Of a stretch of DNA of 64,000 nucleotides, positions 27,901 through 41,796 are shown piece after piece. The position numbers were made by a program, and so were the translations under genes. The stretch's first letter is position 1, and every line of letters begins with the position of its first letter. The notes beneath the pieces are model-generated. The model made no database searches and was not told the DNA's origin. It saw nothing but the letters and a program-made list of their open reading frames with translations. Source of the DNA: Antedon mediterranea (lineage: Eukaryota > Animalia > Echinodermata); contig NC_092673.1 in the NCBI RefSeq assembly GCF_964355755.1, positions 14,976,948 through 15,040,947 of the forward strand, given 5' to 3'.

Positions 27901-30900
27901 TACCGGGATCGATGCCCGGGTTCTCCAATATGTTGGTTAAAGTTTATTATCGGTACCGTTACATTTTTTTGATGAGATTTTTAAATAATGTATATATTTC
28001 ATCGTAATAATACTGGTGACAATATGAATAGTAACAAAATAGCTACTGGATTCGAGTAATTGTATAGATGGGGAACTAGCTCAGATGGTAGAGCGCTCGC
28101 TGAGCATGTGAGAGGTACCGGGATCAATGCCCGGGTTCTCCAATAATGTTGGTTAAAGTTTATTTTCGGTACTGTCAAATTTTTTTAGATTTTAAACTAC
28201 TGTATATATTTTATCGCATCAATACTGGTGACAATATGAAGATTAATAAAATATCTACTGGTTTCGTGCAATTGTATATATTGGGAACTAGCTCAGATGG
28301 TAGAGCGCTCACTTCGCATTTGAGAGGTACCGGGATAAATGCCCGGCTTCTCCAATAATGTTGGTTAAAGTTTATTATCGTTACCGTTACATTTTTTTGA
28401 TGAGATTTTTAACTAATGTGTATATTTCATCGTAATAATACTGGTGACAATATGAACAGTAATAAAATAGTTACTGGTTTCTTGTAATTCTACATACGGA
28501 GAACTAGCTCAGACGGTAGAGCGTTCGCTTAGCATATGAGAGGTACCGTGATCATGAATGCCCGGGTTCTCCAATAACGTTAGTTAAAGTTTATTTCCGT
28601 TACTGTTACATTTTTTCAGATTTTTAACTACTGTATATATTTCATCGCAACAATACTGGTGACAATATGAACAGTAACAAAATAGCTACTGGATTCGTGT
28701 AATTGTATAGATGGGGAACTAGCTCAGATGGTAGAGCGCTCGCTTCGCATGTGAGAGGTACCGGGATCAATGCCCGGGTTCTCCAATATGTTGGTTAAAG
28801 TTTATTATCGGTACCGTTACATTTTTTTGATGAGATTTTTAAATAATGTATATATTTCATCGTAATAATACTGGTGACAATATGAACAGTAACAAAATAG
28901 CTACTGGATTCGTGAAATTGTATAGATTGGGAACTAGCTCAGATGGTAGAGCGCTCGCTTAGCATGTGAGAGGTACCGGGATCAATGCCCGGGTTCTCCA
29001 ATAATGTTGGTTCAAGTTTATTTTCCGGTACTGTAAAATTTTTTGAGATTTTAACCTACTGTATATATTTTATCGCATCAATACTGGTGACAATAATCAA
29101 GATTAATAAAATATCTACTGGTTTCGTGCAATTGTATATATTGGGAAGTAGCTCAGATGGTAGAGCGCTCGTTTCGCATTTGAGAGGTACCGGGATAAAT
29201 GCCAGGGTTCTCCAGTAATGTTGGTTAAAGTTTATTATCGTTACCGTTACATTTTTTTTGATGAGATTTTTAACTAATGTATTTATTTCATCGTAATAAT
29301 ACTGGTGACAATATGAACAGTAACAAAATAGCTACTGGATTCGTGTAATTGTATAGATGGGGAACTAGCTCAGATGATAGAGCGCTCGCTTTGCATGTGA
29401 GAGGTGAGAGGTACCGGGATCAATGCCCGGGTTCTCCAATAATGTTGGTTAAAGTTTATTTTCGGTAATGTTACATTTTTGCCTGAGATTTTTAACTACT
29501 ATATATATTTTATCGCAACAATACTGGTGAAAATATGAACAGTAATAAAATAGTTACTGGTTTCTTGTAATTCTACATACGGGGAACTAGCTCAGACGGT
29601 AGAGCGTTCGCTTAGCATATGAGAGGTACCGTGATCATGAATGCCCGGGTTCTCCAATAACGTTGGTTAAAGTTTATTTCCGTTACTGTTACATTTTTTG
29701 AGATTTTTAACTACTGTATATATTTCATCGCAACAATACTGGTGACAATATGAACAATAACAAAATAGCTACTGGATTCGTGTAATTGTATAGACGGGGA
29801 ACTAGCTCAGATGGTAGAGCGCTCGCTTTGCATGTGAGAGGTACCGGGATCAATGCCCGGGTTCTCCAATAATGTTGGTTAAAGTTTATTTTCGGTAATG
29901 TTACATTTTTGCCTGAGATTTTTAACTACTATATATATTTTATCGCAACAATACTGGTGAAAATATGAACAGTAATAAAATAGTTACTGGTTTCTTGTAA
30001 TTCTACATACGGGGAACTAGCTCAGACGGTAGAGCGTTCGCTTAGCATATGAGAGGTACCGTGATCATGAATGCCCGGGTTCTCCAATAACGTTGGTTAA
30101 AGTTTATTTCCGTTACTGTTACATTTTTTGAGATTTTTAACTACTGTATATATTTCATCGCAACAATACTGGGGACAATATGAACAGTAACAAAATAGCT
30201 ACTGGATTCGTGTAATTGTATAGATGGGGAACTAGCTCAGATGGTAGAGCGCTCGCTTCGCATGTGAGAGGTACCGGGATCAATGCCCGGGTTCTCCAAT
30301 ATGTTGGTTAAAGTTTATTATCGGTACCGTTACATTTTTTTGATGAGATTTTTAAATAATGTATATATTTCATCGTATTAATACTGGTGACAATATGAAC
30401 AGTAACAAAATAGCTACTGGATTCGTGTAATTGTATAGATGGGGAACTAGCTCAGATGGTAGAGCGCTCGCTTAGCATGTGAGAGGTACCGGGATCAATG
30501 CCCGGGTTCTCCAATAATGTTGGTTAAAGTTTATTTTCGGTACTGTCAAATTTTTTTAAATTTTAAACTACTGTATATATTTTATCGCATCAATACTGGT
30601 GACAATATGAAGATTAATAAAATATCTACTGGTTTCGTGCAATTGTATATATTGGGAACTAGCTCAGATGGTAGAGCGCTCACTTCGCATTTGAGAGGTA
30701 CCGGGATAAATGCCCGGCTTCTCCAATAATGTTGGTTAAAGTTTATTATCGTTACCGTTACATTTTTTTGATGAGATTTTTAACTAATGTATATATTTCA
30801 TCGTAATAATACTGGTGACAATATGAACAGTAATAAAATAGTTACTGGTTTCTTGTAATTCTACATACGGGGAACTAGCTCAGACGGTAGAGCGTTCGCT

Positions 30901-33574
30901 TAGCATATGAGAGGTACCGTGATCATGAATGCCCGGATTCTCCAATAACGTTGGTTAAAGTTTATTTCCGTTACTGTTACATTTTTTTCAGATTTTTAAC
31001 TACTGTATATATTTCATCGCAACAATACTGGTGACAATATGAACAGTAACAAAATAGCTACTGGATTCGTGTAATTGTATAGATGTGGAACTAGCTCAGA
31101 TGGTAGAGCGCTCGCTTCGCATGTGAGAGGTACCGGGATCAATGCCCGGGTTCTCCAATATGTTGGTTAAAGTTTATTATCGGTACCGTTACATTTTTTT
31201 GATGAGATTTTTAAATAATGTATATATTTCATCGTAATAATACTGGTGACAATATGAACAGTAACGAAATAGCTACTGGATTTATGTAATTGTATAGATG
31301 GGGAACTAGCTCAGATGGTAGAGCGCTCGCTTAGCATGTGAGAGGTACCGGGATCAATGCCCGGGTTCTCCAATAATGTTGGTTAAAGTTTATTTTCCGT
31401 ACTGTCAAATTTTTTGAGATTTTAAACTACTGTATATATTTTATCGCATCAATACTGGTGACAATATGAAGATTAATAAAATATCTACTGGTTTCGTGCA
31501 ATTGTATATATTGGGAACTAGCTCAGATGGTAGAGCGCTCACTTCGCATTTGAGAGGTACCGGGATAAATGCCCGGGTTCTCCAATAATGTTGGTTAAAG
31601 TTTATTATCGTTTCCGTTACATTTTTTTGATGAGATTTTTAACTAATGTATATATTTCATCGTAATAATACTGGTGACAATATGAACAGTAACAAAATAG
31701 CTACAGGATTCGTGTAATTGTATAGATGGGGAACTAGCTCAGATGGTAGAGCGCTCGCTTTGCATGTGAGAGGTACCGGGATCAATGCCCGGGTTCTCCA
31801 ATAATGTTGGTTAAAGTTTATTTCCGGTACTGTAAAATTTTTTGAGATTTTAAACTACTGTATATATTTTATCGCATCAATACTGGTGACAATAATCAAG
31901 ATTAATAAAATATCTACTGGTTTCGTGCAATTGTATATTTTGGGAAGTAGATCAGATGGTAGAGCGCTCGCTTCGCATTTGAGAGGTACCGGGATAAATG
32001 CCCGGGTTCTCCAGTAATGTTGGTTAAAGTTTATCATCGTTACCGTTACATTTTTTTGATGAGATTTTTAACTAATGTATTTATTTCATCGTAATAATAC
32101 TGGTGACAATATGAACAGTAACAAAATAGCTACTGGATTTGTGTAATTGTATAGATGGGGAACTAGCTCAGATGGTAGAGCGCTCGCTTTGCATGTGAGA
32201 GGTACCGGGATCATTGCCCGGGTTCTCCAATAATGTTGGTTAAAGTTTATTTTCGGTAATGTTACATTTTTGCCTGAGATTTTTAACTACTATATATATT
32301 TTATCGCAACAATACTGGTGAAAATATGAACAGTAATAATAGTTACTGGTTTCTTGTAATTCTACATACGGGGAACTAGCTCAGACGGTAGAGCGTTCGC
32401 TTAGCATATGAGAGGTACCGTGATCATGAATGCCCGGGTTCTCCAATAACGTTGGTTAAAGTTTATTTCCGTTACTGTTACATTTTTTGATATTTTTAAC
32501 TACTGTATATATTTCATCGCAACAATACTGGTGACAATATGAACAGTAACAAAATAGCTACTGGATTCGTGTAATTGTATAGATGGGGAACTAGCTCAGA
32601 TGGTAGAGCGCTCGCTTCGCATGTGAGAGGTACTGGGATCAATGCCCGGGTTCTCCAATATGTTGGTTAAAGTTTATTATCGGTACCGTTACATTTTTTT
32701 GATGAGATTTTTAAATAATGTATATATTTCATCGTAATAATACTGGTGACAATATGAACAGTAACAAAATAGCTACTGGATTCGTGTAATTGTATAGATG
32801 GGGAACTAGCTCTGATGGTAGAGCGCTCGCTTAGCATGTGAGAGGTACCGGGATCAATGCCCGGGTTCTCCAATAATGTTGGTTAAAGTTTATTTTCGGT
32901 ACTGTCAAATTTTTTGAGATTTTAAACTACTGTATATATTTTATCGCATCAATACTGGTGACAATATGAAGATTAATAAAATATCTACTGGTTTCGTGCA
33001 ATTGTATATATTGGGAACTAGCTCAGATGGTAGAGCGCTCACTTCGCATTTGAGAGAGGTACCGGGATAAATGCCCGTGTTCTCCAATAATGTTGGTTAG
33101 AGTTTATTATCGTTACCGTTACATTTTTTTGATGAGATTTTTAACTACTATATATATTTTATCGCAACAATACTGGTGACAATATGAAAAATAACAAAAT
33201 AGCTTTTTTTTTTCTCTTTTGTGGCGCAAACACCACTTTTATTCACATTCATATTATCTCATATTACATAAAATCGTATTATTTAACTTGTAAATGTCGT
33301 TACAGTTCATAAGTAACATTTTTACATATATGAATTCTGTATTACTCCTTTTTTCATTAATTTTCTTATATTTTGTTATACACTTGACAGGATCATCATT
33401 ATCATCTATCCCGTTTTAAAATAGTTCACAAATTTTCATTTGTTTGTTTTCATTTTACAACTCGGATTATAAAATTTATTTATATACATGATAAAAAAAA
33501 CCAATAATAGCTCAGTACCACCAGTAACCCGTATCACTGTAATTCTTTTTCGGTTAATCGTATCAAATTAGAAA

Positions 33575-35769
33575 TTATATTATCATAATCTTATTTCTTA
33601 AAGCTACCCATTTTTCTATACTTGTTTCTTTATTGTTATATGTTTCACATTCAATGTTATATAACATATTGCTTTTAAATGAATTCCATAAAGATTTACC
33701 CACTGGCTTATTTAGTGCAGATAACATTTTTATTCTATAAATAGTAAATGCTGCAAAAGTGTAAATATAATCTATTAGCTTATCTCCCGTTCCTAGTATT
33801 AATTGTTTAAATGATATATTATTGTGATTTAAACTTACAAAGATACTAAGCATTTTCCTCCAATATTTCTGAATAAATCTACAACTAAAAAACAAATGAT
33901 TTTCATTTTCAATTTCTCCACATTTGTCACACGTTTGTGTTACCTTAACTTTCCACTGATACAGCCGTTTGTTGGTAGGCAGTATTCTATGTAACATCTT
34001 ATAATTGAATTATGCTAGTTTCTTATTTTTCATTTTACATACTTTCCGTAACCAAGAAGTTTTCCAATCAATGTTGTTATCATTGAAGTACTCTTCCCAT
34101 TTTAGTTGTGACATTGGAATAATGAAATATTCTTTCACAAACCATGAGTATATTAGTTTAGTAGTATTAATCTCATACTTGGTCCCAACTAATTCATCAT
34201 TATCATCACAATTGAAAATATCTACCTCCTTAGTAATACGTTTCCATTGAATTGGTATTGCCTTAATAATGCACAAATACTCATTTAACCAGTTTGTTTT
34301 ACATTATAGTTTCACCAGTATTTCGTTTGATGTTAAAAAAGTGTTCTTATTAACAATGTCTTTAATACTGATAATGCCACTGTCAATCCAATGCTTGTAG
34401 AAAAGCGATTTTTTTTTTAGTTTAACGTAGTGGTTTCCCCACAGTTGCTCATTCATTATATCGTTATAAGTTTCAGGTTTTTTTTTAGAGATTCTGTTAT
34501 AATTTATGTAGGCTTTTATCATATTTTTGTAAAACAGTGGAATTTTATCAGAATTAACATCAATAATGTTATAACATGATATATTAAGTAAAACATTAAC
34601 ATCACATATTTTTTTAATATAATACATTGGAATATTTTTCCATTTAGCACCATCATCATTCATAATTCTTTTTAACCAGCCACACATGAGTGCGTTAACA
34701 TGAAGAGTAAAATCAGGCATTTTAATGCCTCCCATCTCAACATCACCAATTAGAGTTTTTCTTTTTATCTTTTCCCTTTTATTGTTCCAAATAAAATTAT
34801 ATATTAGATTTGTAACTTGTGTATATACCGTACATATTTTGGAACATCAGTGATATTTGCAGCATATGTTAATTTAGATAGTGCAAGACTTTTCAGGATT
34901 ATTATTCTACCAAAAATTGAGAGATTTCTAGCATTCCATTGTTTTAAAGTCTTTTCTAGCTCTATTAATTTAACATCCCAGTTTTTTCTGGTACATTCTT
35001 CTGTATTATACCCTACATATATGCCTAAAATTTTGATCGGGTGTTTTACCCAATTTAATTCTAAAGGTCTGTCTATTCTGTTCTTCCATTTACCAATCCA
35101 AAAAGCATTGGTTTTTTTTTTATTTAGTGTCATTCCAGATACTTCACAAAAACGATCAATTACACTGACTGCTGACTTAATACTTTTGTCATTACCAACA
35201 TACAAAACAGTATCATCGGCTAATTGGCTTATTCTAGCTTCTATGTTATTTTCATTATTTGGAAGTTTAATACCCTTATAGTCATCTTTGTTTCTTATTC
35301 TAGATGCCATTACTTCAACCACTAAAATGAATAACAGAGCAGATAGAGGACAACCTTGTCTAATACCTCTTTCCATTTTAAAATTGTTTGAAACCCAACC
35401 ATTGTTAACTGTGACACATTCAACGTTATTGTATAATACTTTTACCCAGTTACAGAAGAACATTCCAAAGTTAAACTTTTCTAGAACATTGAACATAAAA
35501 TCTCTACTAATAGAGTCAAAAGCCTTCTTAAAATCTACGGTAATTAATGCCCCTTCGATATCATTACACTTTGTATAATAAAGCAGGTCTTCTATTAACC
35601 GAATGTTTTCACCAGCGAAACGGCCTTTTATATAACCTTTTTGGTCTGAACTTACTATTGATTTAATAACCATTTTAAGTCTGTTACTTAATACATGTGC
35701 AAGAATTTTGTAATCGGTGTTTAAGAGGGTAATGGGACGCCAATTATTCAAATTTTCTCTTTCTCCATC
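33575..35769 (-). pseudogene. LINE ORF2 RT domain and C-terminal cysteine-rich region, broken into several ORFs
   Basis: ORFs 34804-35775, 34304-34735, 34010-34276 and 33575-33997 are consecutive pieces of one L1/Tx1 ORF2 separated by frameshifts or stops. Confidence 0.9.
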
Positions 35770-36169
35770 TGTCATATTATTGATGTTGTGATTCTCTGTG
35801 TTTAGAGAAGGATGCTTTAGACCAGGTCCGCCTTATATTATTAGCCAATCAAAATCGTATAATTTTTGGAGGGAAAATGTTATCCTCCTCTGAAGCCTAA
35901 AATTTTGTCCAGTATAAAAGTGGAATGTAATAGATTTAGAGGAGAGGAGAGAATAAGATCAAAGTAGAAAAACGGAAAGATGACAAAGAAAATAAGGCTT
36001 GACTGGTACAGTGGTAGAAAGATGTATTAATCGAGTTACAAGGAATAAAAGTTCTAGTTGAGTTAAATATACTTTTTGTATGAGTTATCATTCAGTGACA
36101 GCTGTGTACGTCGCGTGGAGTTATATACGCCTGAGAAAGCTCGGAACCAACTAAGATAAATTCACTACA
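35770..36169 (+). repeat. 5' LTR (400 bp)
   Basis: Direct repeat of 41394-41796. Contains CCAAT at 35845, TATAAAA at 35913 and AATAAA at 36044. Confidence 0.96.
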
Positions 36170-36183
36170 TGGTGGCAGCGGTG
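36170..36183 (+). promoter_or_regulatory. Primer-binding site complementary to the 3' end of tRNA-Leu(AAG/TAG)
   Basis: TGGTGGCAGCGGTG directly after the LTR is the reverse complement of ...CACCGCTGCCA-CCA, the conserved 3' end of metazoan tRNA-Leu(AAG/TAG) (recalled sequence). Confidence 0.85.
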
Positions 36184-36666
36184 AAAATTTTTGTTTACAT
36201 GATTTAAGTATCAAGAAGAAGAAGAAGAAGTGACAGTGCCTACTCTACGGGCCTGTTAAATCAGTAACCAAAAAGTTAAATGGTTACGAAGATCTGGATT
36301 CCTGACAGTTTTATACCGTGCGTTGTTTGGATATTACAACGAAGAAGAAGTACTGTTGAGCTCAAGACTGCTGGATATTCATCGGAGATATATATTCACC
36401 GAGATCTGAAAGAAGAAGACTGAAGTAACAGAAGGAAGCCCAGAAAATTTTGAGAAGATTTGCAAACTAATTTTTATTTCGAAAGTAAATTTTTGTACGG
36501 AGCGAACTTGGAACGTTGTTTGTGACTTAGATTGTATTGCATTTAAAAATTTATGTGGATTTCATATTTTTTACATATCTGAATGGAATCAAGGTAATAC
36601 AAATACTTTTATAACATATTTTGTATACATAAGTTTACATATTTCATTAGTAAAATTGTTATTAGC

Positions 36667-39600
36667 ATGACAACTTTAAGATCGGGTAAAAATATAGATA
36701 AGACTATGTCAGAAAAAGATACTAGGGAAGATATGGTTGACCAAGAAGAGGTTGACCAAGTCAATGAAATATATGATAAAATGGCTAGGGATATTGATTT
36801 GCCCGAAATACCCGGCGGTATGCCTAAAGATATGATGCTCGAATATTTTCGAATGAAGTTCGAGGCCGAAAACAAAAAGTTAGAATACCAACAAGACCAA
36901 TTAAGATTAGAAGCAGATATAGAGCAAAAGAAAGCAGATATAGAGCTAAGAAAAATTGAATCACAAGAAAGAGTGAAAATGATGGAATTAGAAAATAGGT
37001 CTAGCTACAGTAATGCTAGAAATATAGTAGATGAAATGAAGGTAAAGGTTCCTACTTTGAAGGAATCAGATGATATTGATATATATTTTAGAACATTTGA
37101 ACACTTGGCAGAAGGTTGGGATAAGAATACGTGGTCCGCTAGGTTAGCACCTGAACTGTCTGGTAAAGCTAGGACAGCATATGCATCCTTAACCGTAAAA
37201 GAATGTGTAAATTATGATACCTTAAAGAAGGCAATCTTAGAAAAGTATTATGTGTCCGCAGAGACCTACAGATTTAAATTTAGAAATTCAAACAGAGTTA
37301 AAGATATGTCCATCAGGGAATGGCTGAATGAGCTCTCCCATTATTTAAAATGTTGGATGAAATGTGCTAATGTACAAGAAGATGATGCTGCAGGCATTAT
37401 TGAAATGATTATAATGGAACAGGCACTTGATAAAATGCCTGAAGATCTGAGGCTTTATCTTAGAGATAAACAAGTAAATAAGAGCTATGATATGGTTATG
37501 ATAGCCAATGATTATATAGCTAATAGAGGTGGCCGTGGCTATTGGAATGCCATAAATTCTGAAAATAAGCCTACGTATTATAAGGGCCAAGAAAATAGTA
37601 AACCTAAGAATAGTACGACTCAGAATAACCCTGGAGCTAGGCAGCAAGGATACAATAGGTATCGCGGAAGGGGAGGCAAATTCCATAACTATGCTAGAAA
37701 TTTCCAACAGAGAGAACCTTCAAATGAATGGATTAATGGCCTATGCTTCAATTGTAAGGAGAAGGGACATAAAATAGGGGATTTTCCTAAGATGGTAGCA
37801 AAAGGAAAGACTAGTGACAGTAAGAAGGGCCCGAATGTGAAAGATGGCTTAAGATGTGAAGGAATAAAATCAGATAGACCCCAAGTAGTTATAGATAGTG
37901 TAGAAAATAAAATGGAGAAGTGTACTATACCAGGAAAATTAGAAGGACAGGATATAACTATGCATAGAGACTCAGGATGTACCCAGTCAGCTGTTAAGGA
38001 AAGTCTAGTGCCTAACAAATGTTACTTGCCAGGAAAATGGGTTACGTTAAAAGGTATAGGAGGCGATATTACCGTCCCCTTAGCTGAGGTAACTATAGAA
38101 AGTAAGATAGTGACAGGAAAAGTGATTGTAGCCGTAATCGAAGGATTACAGAAGGACATGTTATTGGGTCATGATTTGGACCAGAATTGTGGGGAAACAA
38201 TGGCTAAAGAAATGTTCGTCCTAACTAGGGAGCAAGCCAGAATAGAAAATGATGTTAGAATACAAGACGAAATGATATTGTTAGGGAAAGATAGTAACTT
38301 TAAGCCGATAGAAGAGCCGCCTAAAGAAACTAATGTACAATTGTTGAAAACAGTAGTAAATGACAACAAAGTAAATAAAACTAAGTGTTTAGATGATATG
38401 AATGGAACAGAAATGAATAATTTGTTTGACGAAAATGAGGATAAAGCTAAAGATAAAACAGTCAAACATAAAACTTATGAACAACAGCACAAGCTGAACC
38501 TAACTAAACAAGAACTGATCAAATTGCAAACTAAGGATGACTCACTCAAAGGAGTGTTTGACAGGGTAGTCCCTATAGAAGAAATAGGTCAGCATAGGGT
38601 ATGTTTCTTTATGAGAGAAGGTATATTGATGAGAAATTGGAGTAGTATTAAAGATAAGAATAACCAAGTGGAACAGATTGTATTACCCACTCAGTGTAGA
38701 CAGGGTGTATTACACTTAGGTCATAATGTGCCATTTGCAGGTCACATGGGTGTTGAGAAAACTAAAAGTAGGGTCCTGAACCAATTCTATTGGCCAGGTA
38801 TATTTAAAGATGTGGTAGTCTATTGTAAAGTCTGTAAGGAATGCCAAAAGGTAGATAAGGGTAAAAGTAAAAGGAAACATACTTTGATACCATTACCGAT
38901 TATAAGTACACCATTTAAACGTATAGCGATAGACATTGTTGGACCCTTATCTAGAACAAGCCGTAATAACAAATATATGCTTACTATAATTGACTATGCT
39001 ACGAGATATCCGGATGCTATCCCGTTACCCAATGTTAGAGCTGAAACAGTAGCCAGGGCTCTAATAGAAGTCTTTACTAGAGTAGGATTACCCGAAGAGA
39101 TTGTACATGATCAATGAACTAATTTCATGTCTTCAATTATGCAATCTATATGTAGTATGTTGGGGATTAATCAATTAAAGACTTCAGTGTACCACCCCCA
39201 AAGCAATGGGCTTGTTGAAAGATTTCACGGTACATTGAAAAATATGATAAGGACACTTACAGTTAAGCAAAGAAAAAATTGGGATAACTACATACCCCCC
39301 TTTCTGTTTGCATACAGAGAAGTTCCTAGTAAAGCGACGGGCCATTCACCTTTTAAATTGCTTTGTGGTAGAGAGGTGAGGGGACCCTTGAGTTTACTCA
39401 AAAGTAATTGGGTAGAAGAGGAAGAAACATCTGCTGATGTTATCAAATACATGTTAGACATAAGAGAAAAAATTGAGGAATTAATGAAAGATGCTAATGT
39501 AAACAAACTTGAACAACAAGAAATTATGTCCCACAATTATAACAAGAATGCTATTGATAGAGAATTTGTAGAAGGGGACAAAGTGTTGATATTCCTTCCA

Positions 39601-41292
39601 GTAGGTAATAGTAAGTTAGACAGTAAATGGCAAGGCCCCTTCACTGTTACAAAAAAGGTCAATGATGTAAATTATGAAATATACATAGGAGGTAGAAGAA
39701 AAGAAAAACAAATTCTACATGTTAATATGTTAAAGAGATGGTATGATAAAGTAGAAATAAGTAAAGATGGTTATTATGTAGTAACAAATGTTCAGTCGAT
39801 AGAAGAAGTAGACTTAAATGAAACAGTCCATGACAATGAGTTAGATAGTGAAATAGACATAGGATTGTCTTATCATCAATCACAAACATGGAGAGATGTT
39901 AACGTTAGTAGTAATTTAAATGATACACAAACTAAACAATTAACAGAATTGTTAAAGTACCAACAGAATGTATTCTCGGATGTACCAGGTAGAACTCACT
40001 TAGTGACACATGAAATTAAGACTAGTGGTGAAATGCCTATAAGGCATAGGGCATATAGAACGCCCCAAGCATTAAAGGGTAAATTGAAAGAGGAATTAGA
40101 TAGTATGTTGGCTATGGGTATAATAGAACCTACAGTTAGTGCCTATGCTGCACCTATTATTGCCCTGAAGAAAGGCCAGAATCAAATTAGAATGGTGACA
40201 GATTTTAGATCACTAAATAAGACTACACAATTTGACCCTTATGTTATGCCTCGCATAGACGAAATGTTGGATGAGGTATCATCCGCAATATACATAACTA
40301 CGTTAGATCTAACTAAAGGATTTTACCAGGTGCCTCTGGATCCTAAGACCAAAGACAAATCAGCATTTATTACACAATTTGGACAGTATTGTTACAATGT
40401 ACTTCCATTTGGTATGCAAAATAGCTCTAGTACTTTCCAAAGATTAATGGATAAGGTATTACAAGGTACTGAGGGATATGCTAAGGCATATATAGATGAC
40501 ATATGTATTTATAGTCAAACTTGGAAAGATCATATTTTTCATTTGAATGATGTATTAGAAAGATTAAGTAGTGCTGGATTGACAGCAAAGCCTTTGAAAT
40601 GTAAAATTGCCTATGCACAGGTAGAATTTCTGGGGCATAAGATTGGTAATGGAGAAATTAGACCCATGATTGATAAGGTTGAGGCTGTGGAAAAGTTCCC
40701 CAGACCTTTGTCTAGGAAACAAGTCCGATCATTTCTCGGATTAACTGGCTATTACAGAAAATTTGTACAGAACTATGCCGGTATTGCTAAGCCATTGATT
40801 GATTTAACTTTAAAGAGTAAAAGTAATACCGTTAAGTGGAATGAACAATGTGAAAATGCCTTTGTAACTTTAAAGAAACGACTTACTGATGATAATGTAT
40901 TAAAAGCCCCAAATTTTGATAAGATGTTTTTATTGCAAACCGATGCCTCAAATTATGGCATAGGTGCAGTGCTGAGCCAAATAGATGGTGAGGGTAATGA
41001 TTATCCCATTGTGTACTTAAGTAGAAAGTTATCTGTACATGAGCAGAGATATTCTGTGCCAGAAAAAGAATGCCTCTCTATTGTTTGGGCTATCAATAAA
41101 CTTAAGTATTATCTGTATGGTTGTGAATTTCAAGTTCATACTGACCACCAGGCATTGAGATGGATGGACTCAATGAAGGGTGCCAATGTTAGACTTATGA
41201 GATGGGCTCTGTTTTTACAAGGATATACATTTAAAGTTATTTACAAGAAAGGATCATTAAATGGAAATGCAGATGGATTAAGCCGTGCATAA
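36667..41292 (+). CDS. Gypsy Gag-Pol polyprotein with one in-frame TGA (39115-39117) in the integrase core
   Basis: Gag with zinc knuckle CFNCKEKGHKIGDF; protease DSG; integrase HHCC plus IAIDIVGP...HDQ*TNF...NGLVERFH; KWQGPF module; RT (DLTKGFYQ, LPFGMQN, YIDDI); RNase H (TDASNYGIGAVL, EKECL, TDHQAL, NADGLSR). ORFs 36667-39117 and 39127-41292 are in the same frame. Confidence 0.93.
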
Positions 41293-41382
41293 TAATATAA
41301 TAGAGGTGTTATTTGTAGATAGTTTATAGTAAAATGGTTTTAAATGTTAAATTTTTGGAAAGATTGACACAATCTTTTTCCC

Positions 41383-41393
41383 AAAAAGGGGAA
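41383..41393 (+). other. Polypurine tract
   Basis: AAAAAGGGGAA immediately precedes the 3' LTR. Confidence 0.85.
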
Positions 41394-41796
41394 TGTCATA
41401 TTATTGATGTTGTGATTCTCTGTGTTTAGAGAAGGATGCTTTAGACCAGGTCCGCCTTATATTATTAGCCAATCAAAATCGTATAATTTTTGGAGGGAAA
41501 ATGTTATCCTCCTCTGAAGCCTAAAATTTGCATGTCCAGTATAAAAGTGGAATGTAATAGATTTAGAGGAGAGGAGAGAATAAGATCAAAGTAGAAAAAC
41601 GGAAAGATGACAAAGAAAATAAGGCTTGACTGGTACAGTGGTAGAAAGATGTATTAATCGAGTTACAAGAAATAAAAGTTCTAGTTGAGTTAAATATACT
41701 TTTTGTATGAGTTATCATTCAGTGACAGCTGTGTACGTCGCGTGGAGTTATATACGCCTGAGAAAGCTCGGAACCAACTAAGATAAATTCACTACA
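41394..41796 (+). repeat. 3' LTR (403 bp)
   Basis: By eye it differs from the 5' LTR only by a GCA insertion and one G/A substitution. Confidence 0.96.

Larger units (their letters stand above)
1..33203 (+). repeat. tRNA-Ala tandem array / tDNA satellite, main homogeneous block (~170-bp unit, ~195 units; continues beyond window start)
   Basis: The unit GGGGAACTAGCTCAGATGGTAGAGCGCTCGCTT(A/T/C)GCATGTGAGAGGTACCGGGATCAATGCCCGGGTTCTCCA plus an AT-rich spacer (T5-T8 run ~35-40 nt downstream of the tRNA) recurs every ~155-172 bp. Copy number is estimated from length/unit size. Confidence 0.97.
35770..41796 (+). mobile_element. Full-length Gmr1-like Ty3/Gypsy LTR retrotransposon (gag-PR-INT-RT-RH)
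   Basis: Two ~400-bp LTRs (TGT...ACA), 5-bp TSD CCATC at 35765-35769 and 41797-41801, PBS and PPT present. Gypsy-type RT/RNase H lies downstream of integrase. Confidence 0.95.

Noticed and set aside
13102-32873. Short ORFs within the array (e.g. 13102-13416, 28146-28358, 28985-29218, 32667-32873; also 43622-43958, 48907-49122)
   Set aside because: Chance translations of the tRNA/spacer repeat with no protein motifs.
1-33203. CRISPR-like repeat/spacer appearance
   Set aside because: The spacers are themselves repeated homologues, the conserved part is a tRNA, the context is eukaryotic and there are no cas genes.
36667-41292. Copia assignment based on integrase-before-RT order
   Set aside because: The RT, RNase H and integrase motifs are Gypsy-type, which fits Gmr1-like elements.
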